Virus record (IMG/VR): IMGVR_UViG_3300012041_000006 | Location: 1-52,693 of that record | Length of the DNA stretch: 52,693 nucleotides | DNA from: a virus | Taxonomy: Duplodnaviria; Caudoviricetes | Reading direction: 5' to 3' (one strand) | Shown here: one piece after another, positions 1 through 7,952 of the stretch | Numbering within the stretch: the first letter of the stretch is position 1 | Layout: each line of letters begins with the position of its first letter | Position numbers and translations under genes: made by a program | The notes under the pieces: model-generated | What the model was told of the DNA's origin: nothing | Databases searched by the model: none | What the model saw: only the letters and a program-made list of their open reading frames with translations

Positions 1-84
1 CACATGGCTCATATGTGCACCACAAGCCGTCGCTACTGAATCAACCTAATACGTACGTTAGCAAGGGTTCTAAACATCCGCAAC
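1..84. repeat. Terminal direct repeat, copy 1 (identical to 52610-52693); circular-assembly overlap or terminal redundancy
   Basis: CACATGGCTC...CATCCGCAAC matches the last 84 nt exactly. Confidence 0.97.
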
Positions 85-450
85 CGTTCACTGGACACTA
101 AGTTACTACCTTCCCAGTATAGCAGAGCAGCGCTCGTCAGCGCCAGCCCCCCTCTCCCTCGGAATGGACAGCCGGATGGCCCCCTGCCCTTTCTGGGCTT
201 CATTTTAAGAGAAAAAGGAAATTGCCATACGTAATGGCATTGGATAATTGCATCACCCAATACGTATGGGGGCATGTAATGATATGGATAATGTTGTCAA
301 CAATGACACAGGGATACAGACATGCTCTTTACGCTAAGGAGCGTCAGAGAGAGGGCGCCAAGATCTGTTATTGCATGTATGCATACCTGACAACATACGG
401 CCCACAATAATGGGGCAATCAGATGAATGCCCCAAATATTGCCCTACGTG

Positions 451-795
451 TTATGGACGAGACAGCAACACACGCGAATCGAACACGGCACGTATTGATG
501 CGTGCAATGACATTGCGAACTGTTGCCAATCATCATCGTTGAATTCCCACATCATGTCCATGGTCGATGAGTGAAAATCCACATGTTGAATTGAACTCTG
601 AGACGCGTCGGCGTCAACGCGTTCCATGATGTGATACACCTCAACCAATTCCTCGTCGCCATTCATGAGGTGATCCAACGCAATACGCGCGGCGTATATT
701 TCCATTGCCGATGTAATACACCTCGCGCATAGGTTGCCGTATTCGTGCTGAAAATCATCCCCTGGGTTTTTGTTACATGCGCTGCAATCGATCAT
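451..795 (-). CDS. Hypothetical protein with N-terminal CxxC...CxxC zinc-finger-like motif
   Basis: ATG at 795 (MIDCSACNK...LCARC) with AGGAGG RBS and upstream promoter; start shortened from the track's 975. Confidence 0.7.
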   Translation of the reverse strand: MIDCSACNKNPGDDFQHEYGNLCARCITSAMEIYAARIALDHLMNGDEELVEVYHIMERVDADASQSSIQHVDFHSSTMDMMWEFNDDDWQQFAMSLHASIRAVFDSRVLLSRP

Positions 796-829
796 CGTGC
801 GCCTCCTTGTCGTTGTGTCCATGCACCAC

Positions 830-858
830 ATCGTATATCCGAGTGTGTCAGGTGTCAA
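830..858 (-). promoter_or_regulatory. Sigma70/SigA-type promoter
   Basis: Minus strand TTGACA-17 nt-TACGAT, about 35 nt upstream of the ATG at 795. Confidence 0.75.
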
Positions 859-1091
859 CCGTTTTTGCGCACGTACACGTCGACCCTCGGGCGATTGCCC
901 TTCCACCCGTAATTGATCCAAAATTCGTCCTCCAATGTGCCCTTGGGCAATACGACAGTGCATGGCGCATTGCATTGTCGCCGTGTATCAGGTGTCGCCT
1001 GTGCGTCAACAATGACCGCTCCAACGATCAATACCCCAATGATAATCCCCAGGAACATTGCCCCAATCAAATCGGTGATTTTATACGTCAT
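855..1091 (-). CDS. Small membrane protein
   Basis: N-terminal hydrophobic stretch LIGAMFLGIIIGVLIVGAVIV. Confidence 0.65.
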   Translation of the reverse strand: MTYKITDLIGAMFLGIIIGVLIVGAVIVDAQATPDTRRQCNAPCTVVLPKGTLEDEFWINYGWKGNRPRVDVYVRKNG

Positions 1092-1362
1092 GGAAAATTA
1101 CACCCCTTTCACGTTCGGTTACCTGAATGATGCGCCCACCTGGGTCGTAATCCTGCGCCAATGCCACCGACGCGATTACACGTGCGTCCGAATCGTCACG
1201 ACCGATCACGTCGATCTCTTCAACCGCCGAATTCCCTGCCGAACCATCGCCCCAATTGAACCTGACAAACGCCGTAAAATATCGCTCGGGTTCATTGGGC
1301 GAACATTTCTCCGCACGTTTGTACGCGCCTGACCGTTCGTCGCGTGCCAATTCAAGCGTCAT
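1081..1362 (-). CDS. Hypothetical protein
   Basis: ATG at 1362 (MTLELAR) with GGAGG RBS; stop overlaps the next gene. Confidence 0.65.
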   Translation of the reverse strand: MTLELARDERSGAYKRAEKCSPNEPERYFTAFVRFNWGDGSAGNSAVEEIDVIGRDDSDARVIASVALAQDYDPGGRIIQVTERERGVIFHDV

Positions 1363-1377
1363 GTTGTTCCCTCCATT

Positions 1378-1391
1378 CGATGATACGTTCG
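1378..1391. promoter_or_regulatory. SOS-box-like operator, copy 1
   Basis: Reverse complement CGAACGTATCATCG, just upstream of the ATG at 1362. Confidence 0.45.
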
Positions 1392-1481
1392 GCAATTGTT
1401 TATCGGGTGTTTGCGTTCCGTGTCGTCGTGTCTGAAAACACGAATGGGGGTGTCGTGTTGACCACCCCCAATTCGTTGTCC

Positions 1482-1814
1482 CTACGCGCTCGCCTTCGTC
1501 GTGCGACGCCGATTCGTGCGCGCCTTCGCCTGAGGTGTGCGCTCGATGCGCCCCTTACGTGCGATGCGCACCTTCGCCGTTGCCATCGCCCTGTTGAACT
1601 TCGCGCGACCCTTCTCGTCAAGGTCACCAACACGTGCAACACCCGACGCCTTCAACGCGGCGTGATATGCCTTGTTGTACGCGCTCTCGCCCGCCTTCGA
1701 CCAGGGCGACAACCCATCCTTCTGTGACTTGTCCCGATAGAAGAATTCGGGCGTCGCGGGCATTGCCTCACCCGTGAACGTGCAAACCTTTGTGACCTGT
1801 GCCTTGCGTGCCAT
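1482..1814 (-). CDS. Basic protein with a degenerate HNH-associated zinc-ribbon motif
   Basis: KVCTFTGEAMPATPEFFYRDKSQKDGLSPWSKAG resembles KxCxxCxExKxxxEFxxxxxxKDGxxxxCKxC; Lys/Arg-rich tail; AAAGGA RBS before ATG 1814. Confidence 0.65.
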   Translation of the reverse strand: MARKAQVTKVCTFTGEAMPATPEFFYRDKSQKDGLSPWSKAGESAYNKAYHAALKASGVARVGDLDEKGRAKFNRAMATAKVRIARKGRIERTPQAKARTNRRRTTKASA

Positions 1815-1915
1815 TGCCGATCCTTTCGTCGTGCAATGAACATCGTGTCCATTGCGTTGATTCAATATACATCCGAATCACCCAACGTTTGTAAACTGTT
1901 TGTATGGATAAAATC

Positions 1916-1929
1916 CGAACGTATGATCG
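1916..1929. promoter_or_regulatory. SOS-box-like operator, copy 2
   Basis: CGAACGTATGATCG, one mismatch to CGAAC-N4-GTTCG, intergenic. Confidence 0.5.
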
Positions 1930-1957
1930 CCGTTGTCGCATTTGCAAACATTGTCGA

Positions 1958-2200
1958 TTACGTCAACGTACGCGCGTGTGCAATAAACACCGTGATCTTC
2001 TCCAACAAATATGCACGTTCTTTCGGGGCACGATACGCAGTACGATGACGCGGCGATGTTACGTCGTCGTATACATCGGCAATTTGCGTATCATTTGCCA
2101 AAACATTGTGCGCAATTTCGCGCCCAACATCACCCAGTGTGCCCCACAATTCCAACAACCGAATTACGTCAGACATTTCGCGTGCCATTAGATTCTCCAT
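1958..2200 (-). CDS. Hypothetical protein
   Basis: 80-aa ORF co-oriented with neighbours; alternative start at 2188 follows GGAG. Confidence 0.6.
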   Translation of the reverse strand: MENLMAREMSDVIRLLELWGTLGDVGREIAHNVLANDTQIADVYDDVTSPRHRTAYRAPKERAYLLEKITVFIAHARTLT

Positions 2201-2234
2201 TCGTCGTTGTTTTTACATGCGACAACGACAACGG

Positions 2235-2248
2235 CGAACATACGTTTG
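2235..2248. promoter_or_regulatory. SOS-box-like operator, copy 3
   Basis: CGAACATACGTTTG upstream of the 1958-2200 gene. Confidence 0.5.
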
Positions 2249-2792
2249 GATTTTCAAGGTTCGGGGTCGAACACGTCATTATTGCATTTCTCCGCCGATT
2301 TGTCCATTCAGATTACTTATCGCCTTAGTCGCCGACCCTGTGCGTGCTCAACAATTGTCCGATCAACCATACCCACGATTGTTCTTGCGAGTTGTGCAGA
2401 TTACCACGTACCATTGCAACATGGATAATTTGACACACCCTCCCATCGCACAGATTTGTAAGGCTCAGCCATACAAGCAGGCGGCCGTTAGCCTTACACC
2501 AGGGTCGGGGACAGCCTCACAGGAAAATCTCCAGTGGCCTAACAGAGAATCAGAGAACAGCCTGACACCCCTTGTAAAGCCGGCCTGACAGGGTCTGAAA
2601 AACCCCATATTAGAAGGGTTTGGCTCTGAGCTTCTGAGGGGAAAAAATTTCTGGGGGTTATTAGGTTTATTTTGCTCTGAGCTTCTGGACCCAGAAATTT
2701 ACCGCAAAAAGAAAGACCTGAGCCGGGGGAAGTGAACTCAGACCTTTCTCTTTTGAGTCGTCGGGAGACGACATCTATGTCCGCCGTGGGTT

Positions 2793-3137
2793 CTAGGCGC
2801 TCATCCGTGCTCCGCCAGCACGTGCGCTCTTGGCGTTGTTCTGCCACTTGAAGAAGACACGAGGACGACCTTGCCTGCGTTCGGTCTCTTCCAAACGCTC
2901 AACGAGTCCTACTTCCTGCAACGTGGTCAGGATGTAGAGAAGTTGGTCATAGGCAACACCCCCGTAGAGGACGCCGGCCTTCCCGCGCGACCGTGCACCA
3001 GACGCCAAACGGATCTGCTCGTAAGACAGAGGTTCACGTGCATCCTTGAGAGTGGACATGACCTGCTGCACACGCTGCTCTGTCTTACCTCTGATAGGGG
3101 TGACTGTTCCCATGTGTCCTACAAGGTAGTCACCCAT
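2793..3137 (-). CDS. Winged helix-turn-helix DNA-binding protein
   Basis: PLSYEQI...YILTTLQEVGLVERLEETERRQGRPRVFF is a typical wHTH helix plus GRP wing. Confidence 0.7.
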   Translation of the reverse strand: MGDYLVGHMGTVTPIRGKTEQRVQQVMSTLKDAREPLSYEQIRLASGARSRGKAGVLYGGVAYDQLLYILTTLQEVGLVERLEETERRQGRPRVFFKWQNNAKSARAGGARMSA

Positions 3138-3257
3138 AAGGTATCTGTCAAGGTGTGTGCCTCCTTCACCCTAGTCCTTAGTAAGACCCCACCCCTGTAT
3201 GGCCCTACCCCCGTGTAGTTTAAACCCCGCCTCGGTATAGGCCCCCCTCGTCAGATT

Positions 3258-3506
3258 TTACACCCCGCCCGAGTCAGACCCCGCCTCGGTTAGTTTTGGA
3301 CAATCGACACACTGCTTGAACACCTGGGGTAGAAGACGCTTCTTATCCAGGCAACAGGACGGTTCGTGTTTGAGGTTGACTTTTGGATTTCGATACGCAC
3401 TCCCTGGAGGTTTGTTTTTTCCTGACTTCACTGATCTGAGTGCGTCCTTCTGCCGTACCTCCTCAATCGTGTCTTTCCTGATCTGTGCATTCGTTCGTTT
3501 CGCCAT
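3258..3506 (-). CDS. Hypothetical basic protein with C-terminal cysteines
   Basis: 82-aa ORF with GGGGGAG RBS-like sequence upstream. Confidence 0.55.
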   Translation of the reverse strand: MAKRTNAQIRKDTIEEVRQKDALRSVKSGKNKPPGSAYRNPKVNLKHEPSCCLDKKRLLPQVFKQCVDCPKLTEAGSDSGGV

Positions 3507-3554
3507 TCAGACTCCCCCTCTCCTCTTCCCCAACAATCGCTGTCTAAACACCCG

Positions 3555-3731
3555 GGTTGGTAGGGCATGGCCTAGGTCGGTAGCATACTGGAGCGGGGCT
3601 AGCCCCGCTCTCCACACGTGGACTACCAACCCAGACCCTGATAGGCCATCTTCCTTACCATGGTAGGGTTACCAACCATGGTTACCAACCCAAAACGTAT
3701 GTTCGCTTCTATGCTCTTCTCTATGCTCTTC
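3555..3731. repeat. Cluster of short direct and inverted repeats (candidate origin or regulatory region)
   Basis: TACCAACC at 3624, 3670, 3683 and inverted at 3555; 20-bp palindrome GAGCGGGGCTAGCCCCGCTC at 3591-3610; CTATGCTCTTC twice. Confidence 0.5.
3692..3705. promoter_or_regulatory. SOS-box-like operator, copy 4
   Basis: AAAACGTATGTTCG; 3693-3706 is the exact reverse complement of 2234-2247. Confidence 0.45.
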
Positions 3732-3797
3732 CAAATACCCAGCAGCATGCGATTCAGGTCTGTGCTCTAGGTTTAGGCTCACGTGTTAATACCTTCT

Positions 3798-4025
3798 TCA
3801 TCTCGTTTTCTCTAGGAGGTCTGCCATCTCAAGGATGGACATCTTGTCTGGACGCGACAGAAGCGCCTTGCCGATCTTTTCAGGGTCGCGTGCATCGCGG
3901 GTGTCAGGGACTGAAGACCGTACTACTGTGAGTGTTCCGCGGATGTCGAATCCGCGCAATCTCTCAAACTCAAGATAATTCTCTTCCTTGTTGAACCTCT
4001 CAATGGGTTTATTGTCAGCGCTCAT
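3798..4025 (-). CDS. Hypothetical protein
   Basis: 75-aa ORF downstream of the primase-helicase. Confidence 0.55.
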   Translation of the reverse strand: MSADNKPIERFNKEENYLEFERLRGFDIRGTLTVVRSSVPDTRDARDPEKIGKALLSRPDKMSILEMADLLEKTR

Positions 4026-4079
4026 ACGAACCAGAGAATTATTAGTATGAGGATGATGACGAGCAATACAGTTCCGATG

Positions 4080-5930
4080 CTAACTCTCATCTTCTGCCTC
4101 CTTGTAGTTTTTCACCTTACCGGGTCCGTTATCTATCTCTGTTACATACCCCTCCTCAATGAGTGCTGCAATGTGCGTCCTCACTGTTGCATCTGACAAT
4201 TGTGTCTCTTTCATGATCTGGGTTCGTGTCTCTGCACCCATCTTGATCGCTATATGCACTGCGTGCTTGTTTTCATCTCCCTGTGCCTGGTGCTTTCTTT
4301 TCTTGACAACCACCTCAACATCACGTGCATCTATCGCGAACTCGTCGTCCGTTATCGTCACCTTCCCCTTAAAAGATGAATTGGGCTCAAGATTCGCGTG
4401 TGTCTCACGTCCATCCATCCAGATGCTCACCACATTGTCTTCCACAGGATGTTTCTGCATCTGGATCCCGAGGTCTACTTCACCCCCGTGTCGCGATGAC
4501 CCACGAGACGATCCCCACCCGCCTACTTCTGATTTATTGCCGTGGTGCACGACGACAACAGTCAGATCTGGACATGCCTGTTGAATACGTGCGACCTCAT
4601 CCCACACGATTCCCATCTCTGACGCATCATTCTCATTGACGCCCGGGATCATCCTCTGCAACGGATCGAAGATGAGTACTTCTACCCCGTACTCACGGCA
4701 CACAGAGATTATGTAGGCCATCGACTCGGGCTCTGTGAATCTGATGTTCTTCTTATGGATGAGCATGAAGTTCTCGTCGTCAAGGGACAACCCGAGGCGC
4801 CTCAGACGTCGAGCGAAGAGCGTTATGTTCCCCTCCTCCTCGACAAGCAATGTCTTGTGTGGTCGCGATGTTGTCCACTCGTCACGCATGAGAAACGGTG
4901 TGCCCTTGACGAGACACCGAATGAAGTCAAGCACTGTCCATGTCTTGTACGCTTTCGGTGGTCCCCAGATGAGAACCTTGTCTGTCGGCGCGAGGAGGTG
5001 GTCGATGATCCAGTCGACGTTTGCCTCTGCTGCGAGCATGATGTCTCGCACGGTGAGGAATTCTCTCCCTCTTGAGATTGCATATGTCGCACGGTCAACA
5101 AGATCCTTAAATTGGATTTCGTCGTCTACAGCCTTCCATAGGGAATTCAGATCCTTGTGAGGATAAAACGGGTCTACAATCCTTGTCAGGTCACAGACGT
5201 TGACAGCGAGTCCAGCGTCAATTGCGAGCGTGACCACACGTTCTTTGAGAGAGTCTCCACTCTGGTCAGCGTCTGCATAGATTGTAATCTCGCGCACTCC
5301 TCTGGATGCAAGTGCTGAAAACGTCGCAATAGACAGAGGCGTACTGGATCCTGTTGTGATAGAAAATCCCGGTGGAAGCCCGGCAGCATAGGTTGTTCCA
5401 CAATCAGATTCTCCTTCCGTGATCGAGATATGTTCAGGAAGTTCATCTTGTGGGATGGGCCACAGGGGGGATATTTCTGTGCCTTTAGGCTCAAAATATA
5501 TCTTTTTCTCTTCAGATGTGCGTACTTTAATTACATCTGATTCCACAAAGGTAAACTTGACAGCAGCAGATCCATGTGAAAAGCACCCCAATTGCTCCCA
5601 GACATGTGCATCTACTTGCGTATACTGAGCCCACCATTTGAGCCCGCCTTTTCCCTTAGTTGAGGTGATTGTGACGTTTGGAACGTCATCCTCTTCATAG
5701 GTATAGTCACCCTCAATCGCCTGTATCACTTTTGTGAGAGTCGCACCACAGTGCCCGCTGTGACATTTATAGAGAATCTTGCCACTTGGTTTAACGGTAA
5801 TGGATCCGCCCTTCATGGACGATCCAACGTCGTCGTGGCAGGGGCAATAGCAAAAATATTGTGAACCTGAGCCTTCAAACCCTTCTAGATGTTCTCGTAA
5901 CCAGTCGAGTGTCACATCAGATGCACGCAC
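4080..5930 (-). CDS. DNA primase-helicase (Zn-binding, TOPRIM, RecA/AAA_25 helicase, C-terminal wHTH)
   Basis: CPCHDD...CHSGHC Zn motif; TEGESD and YADAD TOPRIM motifs; Walker A GPPKAYKT; VLIFDP; HHGNK...SRGSS. Confidence 0.9.
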   Translation of the reverse strand: MRASDVTLDWLREHLEGFEGSGSQYFCYCPCHDDVGSSMKGGSITVKPSGKILYKCHSGHCGATLTKVIQAIEGDYTYEEDDVPNVTITSTKGKGGLKWWAQYTQVDAHVWEQLGCFSHGSAAVKFTFVESDVIKVRTSEEKKIYFEPKGTEISPLWPIPQDELPEHISITEGESDCGTTYAAGLPPGFSITTGSSTPLSIATFSALASRGVREITIYADADQSGDSLKERVVTLAIDAGLAVNVCDLTRIVDPFYPHKDLNSLWKAVDDEIQFKDLVDRATYAISRGREFLTVRDIMLAAEANVDWIIDHLLAPTDKVLIWGPPKAYKTWTVLDFIRCLVKGTPFLMRDEWTTSRPHKTLLVEEEGNITLFARRLRRLGLSLDDENFMLIHKKNIRFTEPESMAYIISVCREYGVEVLIFDPLQRMIPGVNENDASEMGIVWDEVARIQQACPDLTVVVVHHGNKSEVGGWGSSRGSSRHGGEVDLGIQMQKHPVEDNVVSIWMDGRETHANLEPNSSFKGKVTITDDEFAIDARDVEVVVKKRKHQAQGDENKHAVHIAIKMGAETRTQIMKETQLSDATVRTHIAALIEEGYVTEIDNGPGKVKNYKEAEDES

Positions 5931-5940
5931 ACGAATCCTC

Positions 5941-6065
5941 CCTACGCCGGATTAGCGGGCACGTTTCTTCGCCGTGAGAAGATCAACAGGATTGGCCAAT
6001 CTGTTGAGGCAGGATATCGGCTTGCCTACCGAACGTGCCCGCTCGGTACATGTTACGTGAGTAGG
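5941..6065. other. Predicted four-way-junction structured element in the divergent intergenic region
   Basis: 12-bp outer stem 5954-5965/6032-6043 enclosing three adjacent hairpins. Confidence 0.6.
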
Positions 6066-6124
6066 TCCTGCCTTGCCAAGCGGGACTGTGGTGTCCAGGA
6101 AACAGTGAGACCCCACGATAGTGC

Positions 6125-6153
6125 TTGATTTCTGTGTACTCGTTGTCTATTGT
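6125..6153 (+). promoter_or_regulatory. Sigma70-type promoter
   Basis: TTGATT-17 nt-TATTGT upstream of the ATG at 6197. Confidence 0.6.
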
Positions 6154-6196
6154 GTGCAACACACACGCCATCGAACTAAAGGAGAGGAGGTAACAG

Positions 6197-6712
6197 ATGG
6201 CAACGAAGACTCAGAAGGCGAAGACAGGTACGAAGACACGTGCAGGCTCGGCTGCAAAGGCCAAGGCGACTGGCGCGAAGCGTGGTGCTCCGAAGGGACC
6301 GCGCGAAGCAATCGTCACGCCAGAAAAGGCGACGTTTGAGACGGATGACAAACGCGCGCAATACGCTCGTCTCGTCATCTTCAATTTCGCGCGGTCTGCG
6401 AACAGCAAGGCGAAGGTAGCCAAGAGCGTCGATGTGAACTCTGTGTCAGACGCAGTGCTCACGCAGGCGGGCAAGGAGCTCGTCGGGGGCACCATGATCA
6501 AGGGCCAGGATGGCCTCGATCTGATCATGTCTCTGTCGAAGGAGGGATCCACCACAGGGCGTCCACTCACGCGGGCATACGCTGCCGAAGTGCGGCCGTT
6601 CCTGAAGCGTCTCAAGCTCGCTCCTCAGTTCGGACGTCGCGGTGGTAAGCGCAAGGCGGCGGACAACGGAGGCGAGACGGCGGAAGCGCCTGCAGAGGCA
6701 CCCGCCGAGTAG
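6197..6712 (+). CDS. Lys/Ala-rich basic protein, possibly nucleoid-associated
   Basis: Strong GGAGAGGAGG RBS; MATKTQKAKTGTKTRAGSAAKAK N-tail; own promoter and terminator. Confidence 0.75.
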   Translation: MATKTQKAKTGTKTRAGSAAKAKATGAKRGAPKGPREAIVTPEKATFETDDKRAQYARLVIFNFARSANSKAKVAKSVDVNSVSDAVLTQAGKELVGGTMIKGQDGLDLIMSLSKEGSTTGRPLTRAYAAEVRPFLKRLKLAPQFGRRGGKRKAADNGGETAEAPAEAPAE

Positions 6713-6717
6713 TAGGT

Positions 6718-6755
6718 GATGCGAGGGGTCACTGCGGTGGCCCCTTCATCATTTT
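6718..6755 (+). terminator. Intrinsic terminator
   Basis: AGGGGTCAC-TGCG-GTGGCCCCT hairpin followed by a short T run. Confidence 0.65.
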
Positions 6756-6927
6756 CCCTGTAGGCAATATGTTAGGAGGCATAAAGACCTAGTAGATGAC
6801 CCCAACGTAGATAGAATTGCCAAGATGAAGCAAGCAGCACTAGAAGGTGTAGAAGCTTACAACGGGGGAGCTACTGCAACAGATCTCGCTGTGTTCTTAA
6901 GAGATGTAATTTCCGAAGGGAGAAGAC

Positions 6928-7068
6928 ATGCGTGACACAACTGCATCCACTATCCTTTGGGCTGAGGCAATCTGGTACATCTGGGTCCTGCCCGCTCTTT
7001 CTCTCTACTTCCTCTTCTGCGGAATCATGTTCAATGTCATCGTCATCCTACTACTCGTTTGGGGGTAA
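6928..7068 (+). CDS. 46-aa membrane protein (below the ORF-track cutoff)
   Basis: MRDTTASTILWAEAIWYIWVLPALSLYFLFCGIMFNVIVILLLVWG; GGGAG RBS. Confidence 0.6.
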   Translation: MRDTTASTILWAEAIWYIWVLPALSLYFLFCGIMFNVIVILLLVWG

Positions 7069-7071
7069 GAC

Positions 7072-7299
7072 ATGGCAGACGTCATTTCCGACCAGCACGG
7101 AGCGGAGGCAGTACGCACCAGGCTGAACGTAGTGGATCCTGGCAAGAAGGGATACAACAAGTTCTTCGGTACCCCAACAGCATCGAACGAGGGAACAGCA
7201 ATCAAGTTGATCAATGGCCACAATGAGGTGTTCAGGCCTGGAGGAGTCGCGGACGATGTTGCAGATCTGAAGAGGGATCTGAACCGCCGCCCTTTCTGA
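7072..7299 (+). CDS. 75-aa protein; short product of a putative -1 frameshift gene
   Basis: Ends CGC CCT TTC TGA, directly on a slippery heptamer. Confidence 0.7.
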   Translation: MADVISDQHGAEAVRTRLNVVDPGKKGYNKFFGTPTASNEGTAIKLINGHNEVFRPGGVADDVADLKRDLNRRPF

Positions 7300-7952
7300 C
7301 ATCCCATCGCGGAACACTCTTCACTGTTCCCGATGGATCTGCAGAGTCATTCACAGATGACGTCTCCTGGGTCGCGTGCAACCTTGAGTACGCGCCTCAG
7401 CAGTGGTCCAAGGTTCGATCTCGCGCAGCGTCTCTCGGTGTTCGTGTCATCCCATGGACTCGCCTGGCCCACATAGAACATGGGGACACGTGGGACGACG
7501 TGAAGACACGTTTGGCCCTTCTTGTCGCAACTGCGACAACATGGGGCGAGAACATTATCATGCCGAACTACGAGAACGAGGCTGAGACATTCTCCCCCTC
7601 TTCCATCGCAGATCACCTCTACGGCGTCATGAACTGGACTGGAGAGACAGGATGGTCGACGCAAGCATGGCTTCCGAACTCACCTGACTTTAGTCCTCTA
7701 GCAGACAGGGGTGACTCTGTCCATCTGCAAATCTTCCCGCAGGACAACCGCTGGGAACCGTGGCAAATTCCAGGGAAGTTGGGTGACTGCGTTGCACATG
7801 CGCGTGTAGACAAAGGCTTCCGGTTCGTTGGAGTGACCTATCAGACGTACGCAGGAGCGATCCCTGCGTGGTACGACTGCGGTGCGTTCATGCACTCGTC
7901 GTTCCCAGGGAACCTGATTGGTCATGGGGAGTGGGGGACGTGGTATAAGTGA
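7072..7952 (+). CDS. Putative -1 frameshift fusion (~293 aa) with a C-terminal glycoside-hydrolase-like TIM-barrel domain
   Basis: The -1 frame is open from 7227 to 7952 with no ATG/GTG before 7500; reads ...RRPFLTSHRGTLF...WVACNLEY...RAASLGVRVIPW...MPNYENE. Confidence 0.6.

Noticed and set aside
421-2460. TCTC (DarT-type target) or GATC avoidance as the cause of the AG/CT depletion
   Set aside because: Both TCTC and GATC occur several times inside the depleted block
5954-6043. Cloverleaf as a tRNA gene
   Set aside because: 12-bp closing stem, no TTC T-loop, D-loop consensus or CCA; kept as an unclassified structure
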